Assembly (NCBI GenBank): GCA_002256025.1
Contig: NKIB01012973.1
Span: 46,562-66,561 of the forward strand
Origin: Asterionella formosa
Taxonomy: Eukaryota
Length of the DNA stretch: 20,000 nt
Direction: 5' to 3'
In this document: in pieces, positions 10,061 to 19,462 of the stretch
Numbering within the stretch: the first letter of the stretch is position 1
How the letters are laid out: every line of letters starts with the position of its first letter
Program-made: the position numbers and the translations under genes
The notes under the pieces: generated by a model
Told to the model about the DNA's origin: nothing
The model's input: the letters and a program-made list of their open reading frames with translations, nothing else
Databases searched by the model: none

Positions 10061-10671
10061 TACTGTTAATTTGTTGTGTATTCGTGTATGCAGGTATCGC
10101 CGACATATGGGTTATTATTTGGGCGTTGATATCAAAAAAAATGTGAAAGCAAAAAATAATAATTGTATCGATATTGGGGACTCTTAATTTAATTATGTGG
10201 TGAAACCAGCATAATATGGCCGCGAAGCAGTATTATCTCTGTATTTTACTGTAGCAACGGCTAGTTGGTCAGTGAATATTGTTGTGAACTCACATAATTA
10301 TTGGTTTGATCACATAATTATTAGAGACATGAAATAAATTTTGTTTAGAACACATAAATTCTGGTTCAACCCAAATAAATTCCGGAAAAAGGAGCTTAAT
10401 ATTTTCAAAAAGTAGTAAAAATATGGCACTTTAGACATCAATTCGAAAAAGTGCCGTAAACAGCATTGAAGATGTACCTGCTGACAAGACCTGTGCTTCC
10501 ATAGTTTTGTTAGCGTAGGTGAGCCCCCAACCACCTTTGGCAAAAGATAATCATCTTAGCCGCAGTGTTAGGGGAAACTCCGACCGCCTAGGACAGCACA
10601 AGCTGCTTTTGGGAGGCAACCCACTATTTGTTGCACACCACCAGGCAAGACCATGTGGGACGGTAAGGAGT

Positions 10672-10775
10672 GTGGGAGTCGAACCCAACAATTGCTTCTC
10701 AAAAAATTGCGGGAATCGAACCTCACAACCTCAGATCAAAGGCAATGTGCTAAGAAACCACTAAGCCATTTCCTA
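10672..10775 (-). other. tRNA-derived Pol III promoter unit (tRNA pseudogene or SINE head) with a duplicated B-box
   Basis: Minus strand: A-box TGGCTTAGTGG (10768-10758), B-box GGTTCGATTCC (10722-10712) at tRNA-like spacing (46 nt), then T6, then a second B-box GGTTCGACTCC (10685-10675). Acceptor and anticodon stems pair poorly. Confidence 0.65.
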
Positions 10776-11080
10776 AGTAGCATCTATATACCACATTCTG
10801 TTTTTCACTTTTATAATCGCCGGTCCGCTCTAACTAGGATAGCAAGCAGCAGACGATGGGATCAATCCAAAGTCAGAAGGTCCATGTTGCAAGCCCGAAC
10901 TGAGCAACGGCAGGCGGGATAGAGTGTGAATTGTATTGTGAGGACGAAATCGGGCATACTACGTAAAATCAATGAATATATTAACGATACAATTTAACAT
11001 TCTGGTCTCATAAAGATAATACCAATTCTACAGCATAAATATTATAACATGTTCAAAGTAAGCATTAAAGTTTAGCTTAA
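10774..11080. repeat. Outer inverted-repeat arm X (left)
   Basis: Reverse complement of 12660-12965. Perfect blocks: 10935-10958/12781-12804 (24 bp) and 10843-10862/12877-12896 (20 bp). Ends in TTAA at 11077-11080. Confidence 0.9.
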
Positions 11081-11478
11081 ACCATGAATGGTTTTTTTTA
11101 GTACCATGCACATATGTAGTCTCCATGACTAAAATATCAATTAAGCAGCCTACTCATAAATGACTGGCGCAAAAACTTGCCACGAACATCAAATATATCG
11201 GAATCATCCTTTTTCCGAAGAAATAGGAACGATATGACTACATGATTCCCACAAGAAGATGAGCAATCGAACAACCAACCAAATCTGTTTGACAATTTAT
11301 CACTACAGGATTCATCAATGAACTGCCTCATTTGCTTCAGACCGGGCATGATGGATGCTGATCGGCATGGTGAAAGGCGAATTCTTGTCACAGTCAATTT
11401 TCAGGAGACAAACAAAAATGAGGTGAATACTAGATATATTTAATCAAATCTATATAGTATATAAAATAGGTTCCTTAA

Positions 11479-12406
11479 GGTAGATCCCTTGCCGATTTCG
11501 GCTATCCCAGGGCTGGAAAACCAAGGAGCAATTGGCGTAAGGTGTATTGCCAAAATTAGAACGTACAAAATATGCAAAAAAATATATTTTAATGATGGGC
11601 AATATTTGACCTATGTATTGGAAATTTCTTTGTGAAGACACGAAATATACAAAATATTTTTTATACGATAAGCAATAGGAAGTTAAAATTGACAGTTAGG
11701 TAAGCAAATGGCGTGACGATAGCTAGGTTGTGAATTGCATCAACAATAATACCAGTACCCTTTCTCGATGGCTACATGCCTTCTGTATACATGTGTACTC
11801 GCAGGCATGAGACCACCTTCAGCATATTGCTACAGTAGTGATTTTCTTTTGGTATATTGTGCTCGAGGGGTACATCAGTGACCAATTTTCCAAAATAAGC
11901 CAGGAGTAACATAAATACCATACATAGGAGTTTGTTGAACGAAAATTTCGGTGAAACTCGACGAGGAAGTTTTGCCTATACAGTATCTGAAAAACAGGCT
12001 AAAGCAAAAAACCCACCACGGCTTGCTGATGGCAAAACATTCCTGAGTTGGTCTCTTGCCTGCAAGTATGCATGTGTTCGAGGCTGGGAAGCGCAAGTAG
12101 GTTGTCCATATGAGTGGCGCCCGGACGAGAAGGCAAGTTGCCACTAAGAAGGTATTGTTGAGGCAATTCACAAACTATCTATCGTCGCGTCATTGAACGT
12201 AAATGTCAATTTTAGCTTGCTATAGCCCATCATATAAATTATGCATATTTCGTAGATTTCCTATTTTCACAGAAAATCTTGCCAAAGGTCAGATATTGAC
12301 CATCATTAAAATATAAATTGTATATTTCGTATGCTCGCATTTCGGCAAGACAATTTACGCCAATCCTAGAGTACACTTCAAATATTTGCCGAGTCGCCGG
12401 GTTCTA
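11479..12406. mobile_element. Inner foldback-like element with long diverged inverted arms (Y ~11481-11850, Y' ~12003-12406)
   Basis: TTGTGAATTGCATCAACAATA (ending 11748) vs TATTGTTGAGGCAATTCACAA (from 12153), 20/21. TTTTAATGATGGGCAATATTTGACCT vs AGGTCAGATATTGACCATCATTAAAA. GCAGGCATGAGACCA vs TGGTCTCTTGCCTGC. Preceded by TTAA at 11475-11478. Confidence 0.75.
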
Positions 12407-12447
12407 TGACAAATAAACTGTCAATCGGTGTATTGAGTGTATACCGG

Positions 12448-12462
12448 TATATATATATATAT
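12448..12462 (+). repeat. (TA)n microsatellite
   Basis: Read directly from the sequence. Confidence 0.85.
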
Positions 12463-12659
12463 GTATGTACAATCTATATCTAAATATTTAAGGAATTCGA
12501 AAAGGAATCATGCATGTACACGAAAATTTCCAATGATTTGAAAATTTCAAATGGAATCATTTCATTTAAAAATAGCTCATAAAAGTTCTTAGTTCCAGGA
12601 AATTTCGGCAACCCTTAGCAACATTTTAATTTTTGCCTTAGGGTTGAAATGCAGGAACC

Positions 12660-12965
12660 TTAACCTAAACTTTAACGTTTACTTTGAACACGTTGTAAAA
12701 TTATCGCTGTAGACTCGGTATTATCTTTACGGACCAGGCTGATAAATTATATCGTTCTCATATGGATTGAGTTACTAACTTATGCCCGATTTCGTCCTCA
12801 CAATTATAACTCTCACTCTATCCTTCCTGCCATTCCTCTATTCGGGCTTGCAACAGGCGAATTTCGTCTTTCTTTAATCCCATCGTCTGCTGCTTGTTAT
12901 GCTAGTTAGAGCGGATTGGTGAGTGCAACAGTTTAACACTGAATGTGGATTGCAGATCCTATTTA
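12660..12965. repeat. Outer inverted-repeat arm X' (right)
   Basis: Begins at TTAA 12660-12663 (TTAACCTAAACTTTAA). Reverse-complement homolog of 10774-11080. Confidence 0.9.
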
Positions 12966-13618
12966 TTGAATTTCTGATTTGATTGCTTTTGTTTTGATCG
13001 CTTCCGTTGTTGTTTGTCATTCCGCACTATCGTTTTGTTTTCATTGTATCTATCTACATGAGAACCAATGTATTTATCAATCAATGACTACTCTTTGAAG
13101 ATGTACTGTGCCGTTGCTGATCGTATTTATTGATTTGTATGGTCGTTGACCATGATTTCAATAATGCCGCCAAGCAATGGTTTTCTTGTACTAATGCGCT
13201 TTGCTACCACAATTCTACGACGAATTTTATCTACGTTTCAATATTCAGCTAGAGGGACCTGATAGTGCTGGAGCAGCCTGGCGATCATGCTCAATCAGAA
13301 TGGATTGGAATGAAATGATCAGGGTTGTTTGGTGGGATGGGGAATGAAGGTGGGCGGAAGCACTCCTGCTTGAACTTGTGTCAGGCTACTCAAGCGATGT
13401 TCATGGTTGCAGCAACCAGATCATCTATGCTACATCATGATGCAGAACTCAATTGGGTTCAGCTTTTTCTTCTTATCTGTTCTACTTCGCTCTTTCGCTC
13501 TCATAATTGTGTGATGGAAAGTCAATGTTGCCTGTGTAAGTACTACAATGCATACATCTCCACTGAAACTCATATTTTTTACTTTATCATTTTTTTGACG
13601 AAAAATTCGATGTACCCT

Positions 13619-14571
13619 ATTATTAATGGCAAACAACACACAGTTGCTTGGCATAAAGACGATTGAAATCTAGTCACATGGACAGGAAAGTGAATGATCA
13701 ATTTTTGGAATGGCTCAAAAAGAAATACGCTTCTGACGAAATTGGTAAAGTCAAGGTCACATGTGGAAATAAGCATGATTATTTGGCGATTACACTAGAT
13801 TACTCTCTTCCAGGAGTGTTGGGGGTGGATATGACTAAATATGTGAAATCAATGATTCATGATTTTCCAGATGAACTTGAAGGTGTCGGAAAATTCCCAT
13901 GGACAGATAAATTGTTCACAGTTGATACGAAATCAAAGAAGCTTGAATATGAAAATGCAAAAATATTTCATACTTTTGTTATGAAAGGAATGTTCCTGTG
14001 TAAGCGAGGAAGACAGGACATTCAACCAGGAATTGCATTTCTGGCAACCCAAACTACCAAACCGAATGAAGGTGATTGGGCAAAATTAGTCAAGATCATG
14101 AATTTCTTGAAAGCAACTTAGAATGAGTTTGCATCTATGAGTGCTGATGACACTCAGAACATTAAATGGTACGTTGATGCGGCGTTTGCAGTACACAAAG
14201 ATTTTAAAAGTCACACAGGAGCTACATTGTCACTTGGAAATGGAATTATTTGTTTTATGTCTACAAAACAGAAAGTGAACACTAGAAGTTCGACTGAAGC
14301 AGAATTGGTTGGTTTTGATGACATTATATCAAAGGTGTTGTGGACGAAATTATTTATTGAAGCACAAGGACACAAGGTGACTATGAATGTCATTTACTGT
14401 GACAACACTAGCGCAATGAAGCTAGAAGCAAATGGAAAAGCAAGTTCAGGAAAACACATCTGACATTTCAATATCAAGTATTTTTACATTACTGATCTTA
14501 TTGAAAGAAAGGAAGTACAGATTAAGTACTGTCCAACGGATGCAATGATTGCAGACTACATGACGAGACCA
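13619..14571 (+). mobile_element. Decayed Ty1/copia (CoDi-like) LTR-retrotransposon pol fragment: RT C-terminal half plus RNase H
   Basis: IINGKQHTVAWHKDD (expected WHVDD), then a frameshift near 13663 into LKSSH...DYLAITLDYS...KRGRQDIQP. A stop at 14119-14121 precedes RNase H motifs WYVDAAFAVH, KSHTG, SSTEAELV and YCDNTSA. A TGA at 14461-14463 precedes HFNIKYFYITD...YCPTDAMIADYMTRP. No LTR, gag or integrase seen. Confidence 0.93.
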
Positions 14572-14817
14572 CAAATTGAATCGAATGAATCAAAAACTAA
14601 TATGGTACCAGAGAAAACTCAGAAATCGAAAACAATCTAAATCACCATTAAAACCCATAATTCTACTAAAACTCTTAGGAACGATTACAATCGATTACTG
14701 CAACATCGTTGTTCATATCTACAGCCTATTTGGTCCCTGACGTGTCCTTACAGGATACAAGAAAGCAATAGAGGGCTTCGGGACGCAATTTCAATATTAG
14801 TTCATGAATATTTCACC

Positions 14818-16539
14818 ATGGCCAAGAAGGCAGAGTTAGAGGAAAAGGAAGCATCACCCAGACAGCTTTCTGTGCCATCCCCAGCTCCCCCCAGCAGCGT
14901 CGACTTACACCCGTATGCACGAGGCTCGGCGATCGAAGTCATTCACGGGGTCAAGGAGAAAGCCGATTCCTGGTGGACTGACGATAGTGAAGGTGAACAG
15001 GAGGAACACACGCAACAGACATCCATTCGCCTCTGTGATGTTATTGACCGTGTTTCTATCGGGAACGAGAAATGGCGATATTACGTGCACTACCGTGACT
15101 TCAACCGACGAATGGATGAATGGGTCGGAATGGAACGGATTGTTTCTCCACCGAGCGTGGGGAACACCAAAGCGCGGGCGTTGAAAAAGGAAGAGGAAAG
15201 GAAGAAGCGCAAACAACTGGTAGATGAGCTCACAAAGAAGGAAGCAGCTGATTTAGCGCTAGCGATGCAATCCCGAGCAATTCGTCGAGCGAGAGGGGAC
15301 TTGTCAGAAAATCAAGAGTCGGCGGAAACACCAAGAATGACACGACGGCAGCGGCGAAGGAGTACCACTGACGACGACGGAACAGTGGTTGTGTTGAACA
15401 TTGACAAGAGTCCAGGGGAAGATAGCACAGCATTTACAGAAGTTATTGAAACCAAGGAAATGGTACAGATTCCAACCCCTTCAGCATCGAAAGAAACCAT
15501 AATAGGAGAACACGTTGTGGCTACCATCCCAGCACACGAGTTGGACGAACACGAAGGATTGGACGAGGCATCGTTACGCGAACACGAAGAAGTCACTAAG
15601 GTAAAGAACGTCGCAAATATGGAGTTGGGTGAATACCGTATGGAAACGTGGTATTTCTCACCCCTACCGAAAGAGCTCTTGTCGGAAAAGGGCTTTATCG
15701 AAACCTTGTACGTATGTGAATTCAGCTTGAACATGTTCGCTCGCAAGAGTGAGTTGCTTCGGTATCAATCGCGAGAGTTTTCTAAAAATCGTCGGCATCC
15801 ACCAGGGAATGAAATATATCGGTGTGGGAAGATATCCATGTTTGAAGTGGATGGCTTTGAAGAACGAATTTATTGCCAAAATTTGTGTTACATCGCAAAG
15901 CTATTTCTGGATCACAAAACACTTTACTTTGATGTCGATCCATTCCTTTTTTACGTGCTTTGTGAAGTTGATAGTCGTGGATTCCATCCTGTTGGTTATT
16001 ACAGCAAAGAAAAATATTCTGACGTCGGATACAATCTTGCTTGTATTCTAACTTTCCCTTCACATCAACGAAAAGGTTATGGGAGGTTTTTGATTGCATT
16101 CTCATATGAACTGAGCAAGAAAGAAGAGAAGGTGGGATCACCGGAGAAGCCCATGTCTGATCTTGGGCAGCAAGCATACAAGCCATATTGGAATTCTACT
16201 GTTGTTGATTTTTTACTCAACCAATCTGGGGATGTCACCAGTATGAGCATTATGGATATTTCAAAAAGGACATCGATCATGGCAGAAGATATTGTCTTCA
16301 CTCTGAATCAACTTGGACTTCTCAAGATCATCAATGGTGTTTACTTCATTGCAGGGGAGAGAACTTTACTTCAGCGACTGGCAAAGAAACATCCAGTAAA
16401 GGAGCCAAAGGTTGATGCGTCGAAATTGCATTGGACACCATTTCTAACTGACATCAAAAGGGACAAGTTTAGCATACACAGCAAGAAACCTAGTGTTGAC
16501 GGGACAGAGGACACTAGAGCAAGTGGGGGTTTTCCTTAA
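14818..16539 (+). CDS. MYST-family histone acetyltransferase (Esa1/Tip60/MOF type)
   Basis: Chromo-barrel YYVHYRDFNRRMDEWV. MYST domain motifs: ETWYFSP, HPPGNEIYR, FEVDG, YCQNLCYIAKLFLDHKTLYFDV, NLACILT, acetyl-CoA QRKGYG, catalytic GSPEKPMSDLG and LHWTP. Confidence 0.96.
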   Translation: MAKKAELEEKEASPRQLSVPSPAPPSSVDLHPYARGSAIEVIHGVKEKADSWWTDDSEGEQEEHTQQTSIRLCDVIDRVSIGNEKWRYYVHYRDFNRRMDEWVGMERIVSPPSVGNTKARALKKEEERKKRKQLVDELTKKEAADLALAMQSRAIRRARGDLSENQESAETPRMTRRQRRRSTTDDDGTVVVLNIDKSPGEDSTAFTEVIETKEMVQIPTPSASKETIIGEHVVATIPAHELDEHEGLDEASLREHEEVTKVKNVANMELGEYRMETWYFSPLPKELLSEKGFIETLYVCEFSLNMFARKSELLRYQSREFSKNRRHPPGNEIYRCGKISMFEVDGFEERIYCQNLCYIAKLFLDHKTLYFDVDPFLFYVLCEVDSRGFHPVGYYSKEKYSDVGYNLACILTFPSHQRKGYGRFLIAFSYELSKKEEKVGSPEKPMSDLGQQAYKPYWNSTVVDFLLNQSGDVTSMSIMDISKRTSIMAEDIVFTLNQLGLLKIINGVYFIAGERTLLQRLAKKHPVKEPKVDASKLHWTPFLTDIKRDKFSIHSKKPSVDGTEDTRASGGFP

Positions 16540-16640
16540 GGCTATAATTCTACTGTAGTTGTTGCCTCTGTTAGACCTCGTTCCACCTCCTTTGTTAAAA
16601 AATCAGGCACTTGTTCATTATTGCCCCCCTCCCCCCCCGT

Positions 16641-19217
16641 CTACTGTAGCATGTAGTCGAGTACACTATGAATGTCAATCAAAGGTCTTGTTGCTGCGAT
16701 TGCTCGACAGTCCTTGCTGACGAGGTACGAAAATGGCAGAAGACATTGCTTCGGCAAAAGGTCTAGTGTTTCAACGTGTCCAAGAAGTACGAAAGAGACA
16801 TCCATGCTTTCATCGTAGTTGTTGTATCTGTTCGCCTCATACGCTGTCCTTGATAAGTCCGAAAAAGAAGTACCAGTGTCTAGATGGCTGCCGCTTTCTT
16901 CCTCCTGTAATCTACCAGGTATTAACCCATTTTTGACAATGACATCGTCGATACTGTCTGATTCCTGGCCCAAATCATCCTCATCACCGCCTTCGAGGAA
17001 TTGCATTGACCAGTCATCGTCATCATCTTCTTCATCCTCAGAGTCATTAACAGTCTCGACCCCAGAATCTCCTGATGATATTAAGAATTTGCCGTCATCC
17101 TCGTAAAACTCATGGGCTTCAGGTTCATCAAATCTACTTTCCTCGATATCCCAAAGGTCGTGCTTACTATCCAGGCTTCCAACATTATCGCATTGGACAA
17201 TCACTGCAAAATCTTCATGATCTCCTTCCACGTCGAGTTCAGCCGAAAACCGATCGTCCACGAAGACCAATTCTACAGACTCCTTCATTTGTTCCTGCTC
17301 GTCATTTATAATAATCACGCGGTTTTCATCTCGGTCGAGGGAATCTCCCTCAACCGGAACGACGACAACTGTTCGCTCATCTATAGATTCGATCACTCCA
17401 ACTTCCTTTCTCGTTAGCTTCTGGATCCAAGGCCATGCAAATCTGGCAATGATCAGCAAGAAAATCGATAAGACAATAAGTGAAAACTTTCTGCGACGAT
17501 CCTTGGTTTGCTGCACTTTTGCCCTACGATGTGATCGCACAAACGGTGGCTGCTTCAAACTGACAATCATTTGAGTGTTTTTCATCTTTTTCATCTTGCT
17601 ATAATCAACTAAGGGGACGTAATCTTCGTCACCGACTTTTGCATTTGAAACCTTCTCGAACCGAATGGAGCTAGTGACACCATCCCTCTTCGTCAAGTCT
17701 GCCACTAAAACAAAGTCTTCCTGTGTAGTAATTGATGACGTCCTTTCCCAGCGCCGTTGCTCTTCCAATTTTCGAATTGCTTCTTTGTCCAACAAAATAT
17801 TGATTTTAGGAAGACCAGTTGGAGCATCGTATGTTTCCTCGAGTTGCTTACTCGATTGCGAGTATGTCTCCTCCAAGGCTGCCGCCATTTGCTTGGAAAA
17901 TTCTACTGCTGCATCAACACTCTCAGGAGTTCCACTCACATCTCTGTTAACTGGGCTGGCTAAATTGATCGAATTGCTTCTCATGAGCAATGGCAGCGAG
18001 CGAGCCGATCCTGATCCGACCGACGAGAGTTCATCGTCGACAGTATTTTGAATCGAGACTGATGTGGGAGTATTTGTTTCAGGAGGCCGTGGCTTCATGC
18101 TGATTGGTCCATTATTGAGGGAAGCAATAGCGTTTTCCATGAGGACTACATTGCCTTTCAAAGCGATTGCCATATCAGACTGTCCGTCGAGACAGACTAA
18201 TGCAGCTAACGTCTGTTCTATTAACCGATTCATTTCTTCAGTTTTCGTAGCACGAGCAATGAGTGTATCAGGAATATTGGAAATCTGTCTGGGACTTGGA
18301 GTAACCGGAGCACTGACTCTTTGTTGGAACGATTGCTTTGTTGGACTCCCTGGAGGCCGTGGCGCAAGGGGTGGTCGCAAGGAAACGTTTCGACCGATTA
18401 CCCCACTACCTGTATTTTCATCGGCATTCACTTCAGATAAACAGTGTTGTGTATGAGAAGAAATGCATTGGAATTGATCTATCAATAAATTCGTTTGTCG
18501 AAGCATGTCGTCGACGGAGGAGTCAGTTGATTCGACAAAACAATCGTCAAAACCATATAGCGACATTTGGGCAAGCAATTGATCAGTTTTTCGAAGCAGT
18601 TCTGGAGTATTTTCTAGGTAATCGTTTGCCGATTCGTCTTGCCAGTTAACACTTTTCAAGAGTTCATCGTTAGGTCGGAGCAGGTTTGGCGTTTCCAACG
18701 TAACATGTTCACTAACTGATGACGAAGTTGAATACTTCATGTTTTGTGCCAAAATTCCTGCTTTCAGCAACATCTCATCTATTGAGAAACCCACGTCAGT
18801 TCCATCTGATTCGGAGACAGATTTTTCCAGAGATCTCATCTCCGAAGCAAATAAATCTGCGTGTCCAACATTATCCGGATCAGCGCCTGTTCTTTCTGAT
18901 TCTCCTGATCTCAACGTCATAGTCGACAAGAGTTGCTCAGCTCGTTTCAACATATCATCGAGATTTTGATCCACAATCGGGTGTAACGGCTGTTCTTGAG
19001 AGATTGAAAGGGTCGAACCATCTCTCCTTGGGTCCATTTGCGAAATTAGAAGCTCAGTTTCTTGTAACATTTCTTCGACAGATCGACTCGTTGCATCCTC
19101 GGAAGCCAACGTTTCAATTTCTCCACCACATGACGCTCGCATTTGCAAAACAAGGAGCTCTGCATCTCGTAGCATGGAATCTAGTTGATGCCCTTCATTA
19201 TAGCTTTCTTGGCTCAT
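16641..19217 (-). CDS. Unknown 858-aa single-pass (likely type II) membrane protein with N-terminal helical repeats
   Basis: Long ATG-initiated ORF with gene-like composition, converging on the MYST gene (101-bp gap). One hydrophobic helix FSLIVLSIFLLIIARFAWPWI (17424-17486) is preceded by KDRRRK. The region after it is acidic. No family recognised. Confidence 0.85.
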   Translation of the reverse strand: MSQESYNEGHQLDSMLRDAELLVLQMRASCGGEIETLASEDATSRSVEEMLQETELLISQMDPRRDGSTLSISQEQPLHPIVDQNLDDMLKRAEQLLSTMTLRSGESERTGADPDNVGHADLFASEMRSLEKSVSESDGTDVGFSIDEMLLKAGILAQNMKYSTSSSVSEHVTLETPNLLRPNDELLKSVNWQDESANDYLENTPELLRKTDQLLAQMSLYGFDDCFVESTDSSVDDMLRQTNLLIDQFQCISSHTQHCLSEVNADENTGSGVIGRNVSLRPPLAPRPPGSPTKQSFQQRVSAPVTPSPRQISNIPDTLIARATKTEEMNRLIEQTLAALVCLDGQSDMAIALKGNVVLMENAIASLNNGPISMKPRPPETNTPTSVSIQNTVDDELSSVGSGSARSLPLLMRSNSINLASPVNRDVSGTPESVDAAVEFSKQMAAALEETYSQSSKQLEETYDAPTGLPKINILLDKEAIRKLEEQRRWERTSSITTQEDFVLVADLTKRDGVTSSIRFEKVSNAKVGDEDYVPLVDYSKMKKMKNTQMIVSLKQPPFVRSHRRAKVQQTKDRRRKFSLIVLSIFLLIIARFAWPWIQKLTRKEVGVIESIDERTVVVVPVEGDSLDRDENRVIIINDEQEQMKESVELVFVDDRFSAELDVEGDHEDFAVIVQCDNVGSLDSKHDLWDIEESRFDEPEAHEFYEDDGKFLISSGDSGVETVNDSEDEEDDDDDWSMQFLEGGDEDDLGQESDSIDDVIVKNGLIPGRLQEEESGSHLDTGTSFSDLSRTAYEANRYNNYDESMDVSFVLLGHVETLDLLPKQCLLPFSYLVSKDCRAIAATRPLIDIHSVLDYMLQ

Positions 19218-19462
19218 CGTGTTGCATTCACCACCAAAGCTGAAGTTTATTTGCTTGACGCTATCTTACCAGAATGTATTGCACGTCGGAGTGGGTGCTT
19301 CTGGCCCAGCAAGCAAAACGTTTACTAGCTTAATTAATATCGATATTCATAACGGTAATATGCATGCATTCAAAAATTCTAACTTTGAAGTTAAATCTTC
19401 GCGACGACGATACACATACTTAGGCCGTTGCTAACGGTGGACCAAAACCAAAACCAAACAGT

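Noticed and set aside
10703..10775. Functional tRNA gene
   Set aside because: Acceptor and anticodon stems do not pair. Kept only as a tRNA-derived element.
11137..12171. ORFs inside the nested inverted repeat (11137-11397, 11875-12171, 11932-12147) as a transposase
   Set aside because: Short, non-ATG starts, frames not preserved between the homologous arms, no DDE motifs.
13663..14463. The 152-aa and 108-aa ORFs as two separate genes
   Set aside because: They are in-frame pieces of one copia pol broken by premature stops.
14905..19243. Numerous 67-144 aa ORFs overlapping the MYST and 858-aa genes
   Set aside because: Antisense or frame shadows with no independent evidence.
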